Translations under genes and position numbers: made by a program
DNA from: Sphagnum compactum
Taxonomy: Eukaryota
Reading direction: 5' to 3'
Length of the DNA stretch: 64,000 nt
Assembly (NCBI GenBank): GCA_965153455.1
Contig: OZ234493.1
Location: 4,464,001 to 4,528,000 of the forward strand
Shown here: positions 40,701 through 53,027 of the stretch, piece after piece
How the letters are laid out: each line of letters starts with the position of its first letter
How positions within the stretch are numbered: position 1 is the first letter of the stretch
The notes under the pieces: model-generated
The model's input: the letters and a program-made list of their open reading frames with translations, nothing else
The model's database searches: none
Told to the model about the DNA's origin: nothing

Positions 40701-41054
40701 TTTGTTTTTTCTTGGGTTTGTTGTACCAACTGTGAGACACCCACGACCACCCCACACACACACACACACATATGCGTATTTGCTTCATCATCAACATTGA
40801 ATAATAAGCCCGATTACGGAATATAGTCGAGGTGCATGAATCGTGCCTTGACTCTATTGAGTAGTCTGGCTCCTCTTGCCCGGTCACCTCCTAATACATG
40901 AAAAAACAACTTGTCAAAATCTCCTTCGGTGTGGCAAAATGTAAAGTTAAGTGACTAACGGACAACCAAATCCACCAATGCAGGAAAATGGGCTACCGAT
41001 GACCATGAAATGATGGGAAAAAAATGGATGGAAATTAAGTTTTACCCAAATGAA

Positions 41055-41320
41055 AATATTGAATGACATTGCATGCAACTTAATTTCAATTCAATTTAAT
41101 GTAATTTAATTTCATTTCATTTCATTCCAAATTCAATTGAGTTGAACTCAATTGAATTCAAATTCCTAAATTGAATTCAAAAACATTGAATAGAATTCAA
41201 ATTTCATTGGAATTGAACTTGAATTCAATTAAAAAGAAACAAAAGGCAAATTGGTGTAAGAAGGTATTGAAATTTTCTTGTCATTTTTATGATTTGTGAC
41301 TATGGTGTTGAATATATATA

Positions 41321-41359
<39 letters not shown>

Positions 41360-41460
41360 GAAAGACACAAATCTGGAATTTTTTTTAAAAAATCACTTTT
41401 CCAGTCCATTCAAATCATATTCCAAATCAAAATCTATTTTGGTAGGACAAAACTTATTGA
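41055..41460 (+). repeat. Interspersed AATTC/GAATT-rich repeat (other copies ~43500-43720 and ~45825-45970), with an (ATT)n microsatellite
   Basis: All three copies share ttgaattcaa..aaaaga..tattgaaa/cattgaaa..ttg..aca.a.atc; (ATT)n lies at ~41320-41359. Confidence 0.65.
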
Positions 41461-44214
41461 CTCCAAAATATTAAAGTTAGAGCATTTTTCTCATCCATGA
41501 GTTCTAGTCTTCAAGATATCAATACATATTTAACAACTTATGTAAATAATAATAAATTATTATTATTATTATTTAATAATAAAGGAAAATAATGATATAA
41601 ATTATTTTGAACATATTGTAAGTAGGTTAGGATATTCTTAATTTTTATTGTGTAAAATATCAACTTGAGTTGTTTGTTAATGCACCTACTCACTTCCCCA
41701 ACTCCATGTTTTTTAATTACCTAGCAAATGCCTTTCTTTAAATATTATTATCATCATTTGTTTAGTGGTCACTCAAAATTGTTCTACGTAATTTGTTTTT
41801 CAAACAAACGAGGAACTTTGTGATCTCTTTTGAGGATGTCAACAACTCTATCCCTAAGAAATAAGCAAAGTGAGACTCAAGAATGGTAGGAAGGTGTTGA
41901 AATGGTTGAAAAGCAAATTTCACATATAACATGACATGAAACTATCAATACATTATAATATTAGTATGTAGTTTTGAATGTGGCATATTTTTCTAAAACC
42001 TTTTATTAAGACATTTTCATTAACCAATTTTGTGTATTTTTAATGTTTCACTAGATGCGTTGAAGACTTTAAACAAGAGTTAAATTCAACTTTTTTTTTA
42101 AAATAATGTGGATAGATTTGTATTCAAATCAACTCACAAGCCACGTTTTTGAACTTCCGGATTGATAATTGAATTGAATGAATTGATTATGTTTTGGCAA
42201 CATGTTAGAACCTACTATCTAAATATGGCAATTTCAAAAAACAAGTCCTCATTTGGCAACTTTGGTGCATTTTTGCCGAAAATTCCTTTGCATTTTGTCC
42301 TTTGGGGGGGGGGGGCACTTAACATTATTTTTGTTACCTATGTGCATCAAACAACTATTTTTGGGGTATTAGGTTTTGAATCTATATTTTCCCTCTCCTT
42401 TTTTTTAAATTTAATATGCACATATTTAAGCCACCCTATATTTGTTGATAACTTTTTTAGGGCATCCAATTTCAATACCTTATATTAATTAAAGTTTGAA
42501 ATTTTAGAAAATTTGGAGCTAGAAAAGTTTGCTTGTGTGCTCCTTGGAATCTTAAATCCAAAAATCTCTTTGATCACTTTGACATAGAAAAAAAATTGTA
42601 GAAGCTTGTCCTTGAACTTTTTTTAAATAAAAAATTAGGTTATTATTGCAAGAAGAATTCGTTTCCTCCTTATAATCCTAAAATCTAAAACCCTAAATGT
42701 CAAACTTAAAGTTTTAAATGTTCTTCTCTATGTTCACTTAAATGTCCTAAACCCAAATTTAAACTAACATATTGACTCTATAATCACCCCATATAATTAA
42801 TCAAAACATTATTTCACAATAATTGAACCTACTAATAACTAATACCTTAAATTTTTAATGCACATGCTATTTTTTTAGAAAAAAAATTTATATAAAAAAT
42901 TTATACATAACCTTATTTTTGAATTAATTAACTTATAATTTTCAGCCGACAACCAATATATCACACCTTATCAAGGGAACCAATATTGATTATTTTTAAA
43001 TAATCAATATTGCCCACATATTTATTTGCAACTTGCTTCTATTTGCAACTTGTTTCTATTTCAAATTTGCTCACATGTTGAAGTCATTAATTCTTGATTT
43101 AAAAACGTGGGTATTAATCATAACAAAGGATTATTTAACATAATTTCAAATGATCATAACAAGGGACATTTTAACATAGTTTCAAATGATTTCCTTTTCC
43201 TAAGCCCTTTGCATATTAGATTTTATACAATAACACTAATAAGACTATAGACAATGTCTATACACTCCAAAAAATCTCAATAAATTGGACATTTGTTTTA
43301 TGATGCAATATGTGATCATGAATCAATAATTTCAACTAATTTACATAATGCATGGTTACATTAAGTTCAATCATATGAATTCTAAAATTATTGCATACCT
43401 TGGGAAAAAATAATAATAAGATGCGCATGAGTGATCATGAAATGTATTGATTTAGGACTTTGTTACAATATTGTTTTATAGCATACCTCACTTCCATTGC
43501 ATGCACCGTGAATTGAATTGAATTCAAATGGATTCAAATTCAATTGAAAAGAAAAGAAATGTAATTGGTGGAAGATATTGAAATTTGCTTGTGAATACGA
43601 TGTTGGCAAAAGAACTTTAAAAAACACAAATCCAAAAAGACATTTTTTCATGCCTCTTTACTTGGGAATGGGCTAAACAAATTCCAATCTAGAATATGGT
43701 TGGACAAAACACTATAACATTCCATAATCATCCTACTTAAACTAGTTTTGATGAATAATTGTCATTAGAGTTTACCTTCTTTTTCAAGAACATTTTGAGA
43801 CCTTTGATGGGAACACCTTATGAAGGTTGATGGGAAGACAATGGGAATAGTGAAAAAAACACAAAATCCTCGCCTCTCCCCCTCTCCCCCCCCAATCCAA
43901 GAGAAAAAAACCAAGCCCCCAATGCCTTCTCATTGGCTACATGAAATTTCTATTTCTAAAATGGTTTGTCACCATTTTCATTTTCACCCGTTATAACTAG
44001 GGTACCTATTACTTCTACTAATTAGATGGGGTGCTTCCCAAGTTTATTTATTTATTTATTTTTATTTTCTTTACTGTGAACCATTTTGATTGGCCATCAC
44101 CCAAAAAAAGAAAAAGAAAACCCAAACAAGAAGTTTGGAAACTCTTTAAAATATATGTTTCTATGTGAAGATTTAGTGTTCCCATTTGGCCCACCTATGT
44201 AGGGGAAAAGTGAA

Positions 44215-44335
44215 ATTTTTTTGGGCAAACCCTATGGGATAAAAGTCTTGTGCTATTGGGAACATAGTGGGGAACACATGGAGAACTTGGGAAACATCAT
44301 TGAGAACATGTGAAAACATAATGGGAACACAAGTT
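44215..44335 (+). repeat. Interspersed GGGAAC-rich repeat family (second copy 57620-57715)
   Basis: ttgggcaaacc.ta.gggataaa..gtgctattgggaacat..tggggaacaca is shared with 57620-57715; shorter remnants near 43805 and 59055. Confidence 0.75.
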
Positions 44336-44736
44336 TTTAAGAAAAAATTCTATGCCTCCTCCAGCCCCCAAGGAAAGAAGTTGAACCTTCTTTATTGCAT
44401 GTCCGCCATCTCAATGGTTGTAGCCATTCTTTTTGCTTGAATTAATACCCCTTCCTAAGAGTGTGGGTAGCCAAAAATGGTAAAGAATAGAGGTAAACAT
44501 ACAAATTCTTGGCAACTAATAAGACAAGCCAACATCCACCCAAGAGACCTAATTTCTTCCCTTTTGGGGAGGGTTGGGGTGGTATTGGAATTTTTGGATT
44601 TTTGGTTGTCAATGTGTTCTCACAAGGGTTTTAGCATGTTCCCCAAGTTCCCAATAATAGCACCTCACTTTATCCCCTTCTTTTGCCCTAAGTTTTGTAA
44701 CCTATATAAACAGCCTGAAAGGAAGAGACCGATATA

Positions 44737-44970
44737 CTGTAGTACCTTGGCTGGTTCGGCAATAAGGTGCCTAATAATTAATTAATTTTTGTAAATTATG
44801 TTCAGCAAAAAAAAAAAAACATTTCGACATTATACTAAACAATGAAGATATTGTGTTTGAGATCTTCAATTTATTTAGACCGAGTTTTTGGCATGGCAAA
44901 CACATATTTTTGGAATTTTTGACAATTTTCAAAATAATTAATTAGTGCCTAACCAACCAAAGGTACCGTG
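44737..44970. mobile_element. MITE-like element with ~20-bp imperfect TIRs
   Basis: gtaccttggctggttcggca at the left versus tgcctaaccaaccaaaggtac at the right; AT-rich interior; TA-rich flanks. Confidence 0.6.
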
Positions 44971-47900
44971 ATATAAGTATCTATCCTAGGACTGTCCAAA
45001 GCTTGATTAATGTTTTTTTTTTGGTGATGGGACAATTGATGATATCCATCACAAGAGAAAAAAAATTTGAACTTTGGGTTCCCCACAACTAATTAATATG
45101 AAACACACAATATCTCACATGCTGTTTGAAGTAATTTCTAAGATGCAATTTGTTTTGAGCAACTTATGAATTTCTCCAATATGTGTTGTGGGAATGGTCA
45201 ATCATCGATGACAAAATATATCCAAAATTGCAAAGCAAACAAGTTGGAAGGAAGAGGACGGAGATCACGCCATCATAATGACATTGGTAAACCCAAAAAA
45301 AAAGGGAGAAATATTTATTTGGGCTTTGCGTTCTTACACATTACTAATAACAATCAATTAATGAATCAATTTTGTGAAAGTGAAGCTCCATTTGAGTCGA
45401 AATATTGAATGATATTAGTTGAAATGCTTTTGGTTCTTAATGCCCATGGATTTTACAATTGAAAAAAGGGAAGAAAAACATCATCATTTATGTGCATGAT
45501 GATTCTAGGTGCTTGATCAAGTTTATATTCAAATTTATATTTTGTTATTTCATTTGATGTTATCATCATATTGACTTGTTTCAATTTCTCATCATCATAT
45601 TGAATTGATGTATTTTTTTATTAAATAAATGTTTTAATTCTCACATAAAAAACACAAACACAATTCAAAAATTTCTTAACATAAATGCCATGGACATGAA
45701 AAGGCACATAACCTTGTTCATATCCATATTGATGGGTAGACATTAATTAGTTAGGATTAGTATACTTGTATGTATGAATGATAGAAATAGACAACATTTA
45801 TATATATATATATATATATATATTGTATGGAACTTGAATTGAATTCAAATTCCATTGAAAAGAACTAAGATGCAAACTGATGCAAATGTGCATTGAAAAT
45901 TTGCTCGTGATTATTATGTTTTTTTAAAAAGCTATAAAAAAGACATAGATCCAAAAAAAACTTTTCAAACACAATTCAACAATTGTTTCATCATTTGATG
46001 AATAGAAGTAAAGACGTCTTCACTATTTTTCCTTGGTTTTAAGGATCATGTGAAGAAGGAATTTAAGGGAACACCATTTTAATGTAGTTCCAACAATTTG
46101 TTATCATTGCAAACACTTTTGTTTGGTTTCATTAACATGACTTTCTTAATGCAACTACTCCATTGTTTTACTTTTGATTGTCTAAAGGCAATTTAGTACA
46201 TGTAATGTGTGCATTGCATACAATCTCAGCCTCTAGCAATTGAATGTGGTGCATTCTTATGTTCAAATCTACCCGAAATTGAAGGAAGTTTTTCTGAAAA
46301 ATATTTCTGTTTTGCTAAGCTGAATCAACATTTGAAGAAGAAGGATTGGTGATGTGATCGCCCACTATAAATAGTGAAGAGAAAATTGACCACCACAAGG
46401 CCAAAATAAAAGGCAAGTCTTTGGTGCATTTCTTGACTTGTGTGTTTTTCTCTATGTTCAAAGAACTTGTGACATCTTGAATATGGTTAGATTGGATCTC
46501 ACAGAGAAATCGATGTCTCTATGTTCAAATTGGATAGGTTTTCTAGATACAATCCCATGTTTTTAGTTTCAAGGATGGTGTATTACAATTCCAATACATT
46601 TGAGGGCCACAATGGTCATGATGTACAAATTTTTAGGTCTTGGTTTTTTTTTTCTTTTTTGGCATGATTTGGATATCTTTGAACCATAGACTATGTAGAT
46701 GTGAAATATGAATGTCATTTCTTCAAACTTGTGCAAATAGTAATTTACATGTCAAAACATGGTGAAATGTAATGCTTGATAGGAAGGATATATGTTAAAG
46801 ATCACAAGTTCATTATCACATGACATATTGATGGTGCAACAAGTGTTGCAACACTTTTCAAGTATTATTTCCACCTTTTCATTTTGTCCACGGTTGATGA
46901 ATGAAAAAGGCATAGACATCTTTTTTCTACTATCACCAACTTTTTTTTATCACATCAATTATAAATTTTTTATATGAAGTGGGAACTATTTGGAACATTT
47001 TGTTGTTGTTTAAATGTTAAATTTTCTTTTTAATGTTTGACAACTTTGTTGGGTGTGTTATGTTAATTGTTTAGTTAATTCATAATTATTTTAATGTTAA
47101 TTCTGATTAATGTAATATAATATGGTTTAGTGTTGATTAGTGGGGAACTAGTTGAACATGTTTTAGTTATTTTGTTGATGGGGATCAAAACTTTTTTGGT
47201 GAGAATCACAAATCACTTTTGATGATTTAAGATTTCAACATTTTGATCATGTTTTTTTTATAATTGTGTGATTCAAACGTCTTTATTTTGTTAATAATAA
47301 GTTAAATACTTAGGTGAGGCAATTAATGTTCATCACTTGTCCCAAAAGCTATTTGTGAATTCCTTTGGAAATGACTAGCATGACAATGGTGCCAATGTGG
47401 AACCCCATGGCCCACTCCTCATGCACATTGGTCTGCATGATGAATGAAGTAAAGTCCCAAATCATATAGGGGCTTATTTGGAGATGATGCACCATTATGG
47501 TGATCTATGTCATTTGTGATGTGTGTGTGTATAAATAACGATAGTTAAAAGCACCAATGCAATAGCGCATGACAAGGTATAAACCAATCTCATAGTCATG
47601 TGCACAAGAATTCTCATATGACACTTTTTATTATATCCCTTTTTCAACTAAGAAAAATAAGCTAGCTACAAAAGGAAATGTAAGCACCATTGATTTGGTC
47701 GACTACTTTGACAAGTTGATTTTGGATATTCACCAAACTCATTTTGTCAAATCATCAAGTCCATGTCCACTTCACCAATTCATCAAGTCCAATCCACCAA
47801 GTTGTTGAGTCCGCATCACCACGTACATTTCCACTTCTAAATACGAACTATTAGAATATGCTACGAATTCCCTATACTTAAGTTTGTCACAAGTTATTCA

Positions 47901-49105
47901 ATGCTTGAAACTTCTTCCTTGTGTGACCTTCTCTTGGGCATTGTGTTTTCTCACAAGATAAGCTTTAGGTTTGTTGATTTCCTTTCAAAAACAAAAACAA
48001 TGAACATTGTTATGACATTTTTGCATTCTTTTGTTCCTTTTGCAAGCTTTGAGCAACTTGTGACACATCCACATGACAAATTGGATATGGACTTGGTGAC
48101 TTGATGATATGCATTTAGCAAAATGAACTTGGCAACTTAATAATGTGACCTTGACAACTTGGCAAAGTTGATTTGGCAAATTTGCAAAGTGGACATGGAC
48201 TTGATAAAAAGGACATGAAACAACACTCATCGTGGCCTCCACCTCCATAATGCACGTAGCAAATATGTCACTTGCACACACATGTAGCACCCTGCTGTTG
48301 ATGGATTGAAGCCATAACCATTTGCAAGCTAGCCATGAATCACAACTACTTTGGCTACAAGCTTGATGTTTTGAAGGCATTATAATGCAATTTCAGACAA
48401 TTTTAATGGAATTTCTCCAAAATTTAAGCACCTCCCTTTTCAATCAACTGTCATCAAAACTGACATCCACATTCCTTGTGCATGATTTAATCTCTGACCA
48501 TGTCCCAAATACAATATTGTAAGGGAAGACAACAATAATATACAGCCGCTGATCTTCAGGATGGAAGAGGTTTATTTTGGAATCTACATCTAAAGAAAGA
48601 ATTTTTCTGTGCAATGTCTATAACATACACAAAATATTCACATCCTGCCAACCAGGTCAAGAATATCTTCCATCTACAAATAGCTGAAAAACCCGCCACT
48701 GAAACCCCCATAGCTTTCCACCAGCATCCCATCACAAAACTTCCCATCTTCTCAACTCCACTAATTATTCACACTCTCCTATCCTCTTAAGGATGTCAAA
48801 GAAAACCTGTTATCACTCTCAAATCCTACCTCAGGAATTCACATCTCCCTTCAATAATTCTGTCATGGTTCTGTCAGGTAGTCCTGCCACTACCTTCAGT
48901 CTCTTTGCTTTTCTCTCCCTTTCCACTATTCAGTCCAGATGCTCTCATGGGGGCCAAGCCCACTTTGAGTTGCCAATTAGAGGATAATGCCACTGCTGTG
49001 CTTTCTTTATCTGTCTATCCTATCTTGGTCCCATAAAATCAATGTGCTCCTCCCATAAGAGCAATGGAGTCTTTGTCTTTTCTGTCGGAATTCAGACTCA
49101 GCAGC

Positions 49106-52100
49106 TTAAGTCACAGTCTGGGTATGTGCAGCTGTGAACCCTTTCTTGCTGCTAAATATCTTGAACTGGTCCATTATATCAGCTTTGCTACTGTACTCCC
49201 TAAAGACATACTCTTCCAGGTTTATGTCAGCTGGCACCTTCCCCTCACTGTAACAGGTTGGACACAGGTTGAAGTTCTTTGTCATTTCTTTAAATCGAGG
49301 CCCAATAATGATATAATTACATGTTGCACATGTGACTCCAGTGTGTCGTACACGGTCACCAGTCTCAAGCTTCACTAGTGTGTTCAATATGCCAAATCCC
49401 CAGTTAGTGTCATTGAACATGTTGAGAAACTCTGGGTATGAAACTTGTACCTTTTCAGCATCTCCGCGAACCTCTGCAAGCTCACTCACCCCCTGCAGAT
49501 TCCAGCAATAACTCAAGAACTAACACTGCATGCAAAAAAGTAGTCAGTCATGCCAACCCCTATTACTCTACATGAAAGACTTGAGTGTGTTGCCCATTTT
49601 CAAGAAGACAAAGGGGAGAATGTATTGAAGTTTCTAGAAGCCTGTAGCAAACGTACCTGGTCTGGAAGATATATGGCACGTAGATGTAACTTTTGGCGTC
49701 AGTGTACGGAATGATTCCTTCTCTAGCAGGTGAGATATGCCATTTCAGCACATCAAAAACTAAACGCTTCCTCTTATCAGTTGGCCCAGCATACAGTGGG
49801 GCCAGCACTGCAAAGAACATTCCAACATCCACTCGACCTGACCCTGCACGGTCCAGTACTGATAAGATCCGTTCATTGATCATCCTCACTGCACCCTGCG
49901 ACCATTGCAAAACTCATCAGATACAGGCCACCTCAGCAACAACCATCGATCTTCTTGGAGTTGAAAATGCTTTTACTCTCTGTGATCATGTGACACTAAA
50001 GGGGTCGGTTTCTGTCTTGGTATTACCTGGAATGTGTCTGGAGTTAGAAATCCAAGAAGCTGACACAAAATCTTCTCAAGCTCTGCTTTGCGAACCACTT
50101 TATCATTTTGAACAGAAAGAGCTCCAGTGGACTTGGAATCTCCTGGGAGATATTTGCATTCCTCAACTCTCCTCCTCAAGTCACTAATATCACAGTGATG
50201 TAGCCGGGTTTGTTTTTGGAAGTTGCGTATGTCAAGGGCATATGCAAGGAACTCACGGGCCGTTGTTTTGCTGTGGGGTGCTGTTCGAAACCTCGCATTC
50301 TCCACTATCATGAACATGGAGTCAACATCTGATTCAATCAATAGGGGACAATGAAATGTATCATTCTGGAATGTTAGATTTGAGGCATCCAGTTCAAGAC
50401 AAAACTCTCAAAATGTGGAAACACTCACGTCAAAAATTCTTTAGTACAGCCTGACCCCACATTAGCTCTTTGGAATTTCAGTTGGGCTTTCTTGAGGAAC
50501 ACAACTTGTAAAAATGATGATAACACATGCAAAAGAGATGGTCGGAGACATTTAAAGATAGTAGCAGGCATAACAGGAATATAAAGAGGGCAATGACAAA
50601 AGATGTGAATCCATGACAGTTCATTTCCTCCACCCAAAAATCTCACCAGCTATGCTGTCATGTTGACCAGTGGCACTTTGCTCAGCACTTGCAATAGCTA
50701 AGGTGAGACCCTTGGGGCGCTTCTGCATCTGTTTCAAATGATTGATGGCATCATAGAGCTCCACCCGGTTGGTCATCTTGAAGGCTTCCCTGAATGCCTT
50801 CCTGGCTTCTTCGTAGTCCCCAGCTCCCAACAGGGATACTCCCCTATTCAGTTGTGCGCGCCATTCCTGTGGCTTTAATGCAAGCACCTTTGCATACATC
50901 TCTGCAGCACTTCTATACCTGCCACAAGTTGTTGCATAGTAAAGCAATTGTTGCACAAACAATAAACAATGTATAAGACCAACTCTGAATGTCAGAAATG
51001 TCAACTTTCCTGCTTTTGTCCCAGACTGCATGCACTTTCCTAAGTCAAAACTTAAGCAAGAAAGTTTCCTTGAGTAAGAAGTCACACACAGCCAAATTAG
51101 TGTGTTGCTCTGGTCTAGCTGCAAAAAAAGTTTTCCCAGACCCATCTTCTGCTGGTAAAAAGTCAAGCATTCCAGGAATCTGGATGTGTGTTTCTGATTT
51201 TACCTCCCAGAGTCTTTCAGTAAGCCACCAAGATTATAAAGTGCATCAAGATGGTTAGGATTCAAGTCAATTGCTTTCTGAAACTCCTGAATAGCCTTGT
51301 CATCATTGGCCACTGCATGTAGTGCTGACCCAAGGTCGCAATGAGCATCTGCATAGTCAGGCTTCAGTACTAGGGCTTCTATAAGGCATTTCTCAGCTGC
51401 ATGGTATTCCCCCAACCCATAAAGGGCACTCCCAAGAAGCTTGAGTGCACGGTAATGGTCAGGGTTCAAAATTGCAGCCTCCCTGTAATGTTCACAAGCA
51501 CACATGAGCATTCCCTCTCCTTCTAAGGCAATGCCAAGGTTGACATGGACCTGGAAAACAACAGGAGACATGAATATAATGATCAAAAATCCTAACAAAC
51601 TGAGAAAATCTCGCTCCCTTCATCTCAAAGGCTATTTTCAGCAAGCACAACCACCCTTAAGTGTCAAAGATATCTTTTACAGACATTTGCATAACCTTTA
51701 CAAAGCAGTGCATCTGATGATGAGGCATCAGATTCTTTATACAGATGGCCAGAAATTTCATAAGAACAATTCAGAGAAGCTTGTTGGAGTGCTCCACACA
51801 TAAACTTCCCAGAAACCATTGATTGTTTGAGCACATGAGTATACACAAGCTCGCACTGATCCTGAAAGGTCCCATATTTGTGAGTGAAGTGCCCATAGGC
51901 CTCAATGAAAAATCTGGAAAGTAATGCATAGCTTAGAAAGGATTTACCTGTGGAAGGAGACCTTGCCACAGAACAGTATTCACCTCCCCTGCCTCAAGTG
52001 CATTCTGATAGTTCAATCGAGCATCTGTATACTTCCCGAGTGAATAGTAGGCATTTCCCATCAGAAAGCGGGCCCGGGCATCCTGAGGTATGAGCTGGAC

Positions 52101-53027
52101 TGCAAGTTCAAAGCTGCTTATAGCCGCTTCATGCCAATGGTGCTCAAGAAGGCACTGACCCATAGCCATGTGACATTCAAAGGCTTGTTCTGGTGTCCGA
52201 ACATTAGCACATTTCTCCCGGAACCCTGCAAGAGCTGTCTTGAAAGCCCCATAGTTGGACCCTAGATCATCATCCCCTCTTCTTTGCCTTCCAATAGCTT
52301 GCCCCTTATTATCAACTCCATCTTCCCAGTCTGCTGAGGCTCTTCTGTTTACCACCCCATAAACAATACCTCTGCCCTTCTTTTCCTGCCTCTCTTTCTG
52401 CTTGTCTTGAATCTTGGAATCTAGTCTCCTCAATTGAAGCTCTAGATCCTCGATCAAGCGCCAGGTATCCTGGTATGCTATGCCATGGTTTGGAGACCTG
52501 GCCCATGCTGCTCCTAGCTTAATTGATGACCTTATGGCTCCATTAATGCTTGAGGTTTCATCATCAGCAATGGATAGCTCAGATGGAAGCCTAGATCCAG
52601 AACCACCACCGCAACCACCCTCCTCTTCACCAGGCCTACTAACCTTTGTCTGAGCTGCTGCAGCTACTGTTATATATGGCTCCTGAGGAGTAGTTCCATT
52701 TCCAACAGCAGAATTAGAATCCAACTGTAGACCTAGGGCATCAAAATCCCTGTCAACATCTCCAGCTCCATCATCATAAGTCCTTAGGAGACCTTGGAAG
52801 GTTAAGCCCTTGGGGCCTTCAAGGATGAACTCAGCATATGTCCTGAAGACCTCGTCAAGTATGGCCTCTATCTGCTCGTTGGTGAACTTGACGCGGGGGT
52901 TGACAGCCATCACAAGTGCTGCCATTTCACTTCGGTTGAGACAGTCATCTTTGTTGCTGTCGAACTGGTTAAAGATCCCGCGTACCTTTTGTGCCCGGAT
53001 ACTCAATGCCTGCCGGCTATCTGACAT
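49106..53027 (-). CDS. Calcium-binding EF-hand + TPR + ZZ-type zinc finger protein (At1g05150/At2g32450-like); apparent frameshift in exon 5
   Basis: Exons 51948-53027 (EF-hand FDSNKDDCLNRSEM; YDDGAGDVDRDFDAL), 51204-51550 and 50647-50918 (TPR repeats, e.g. VHVNLGIALEGEGM, YADAHCDLGSALH), 50027-50328, 49657-49895, 49106-49492 (CATC..IIGPRFKE..FNLCPTCY). All introns are GT-AG. Exon total is 2627 nt, not a multiple of 3. Confidence 0.9.
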
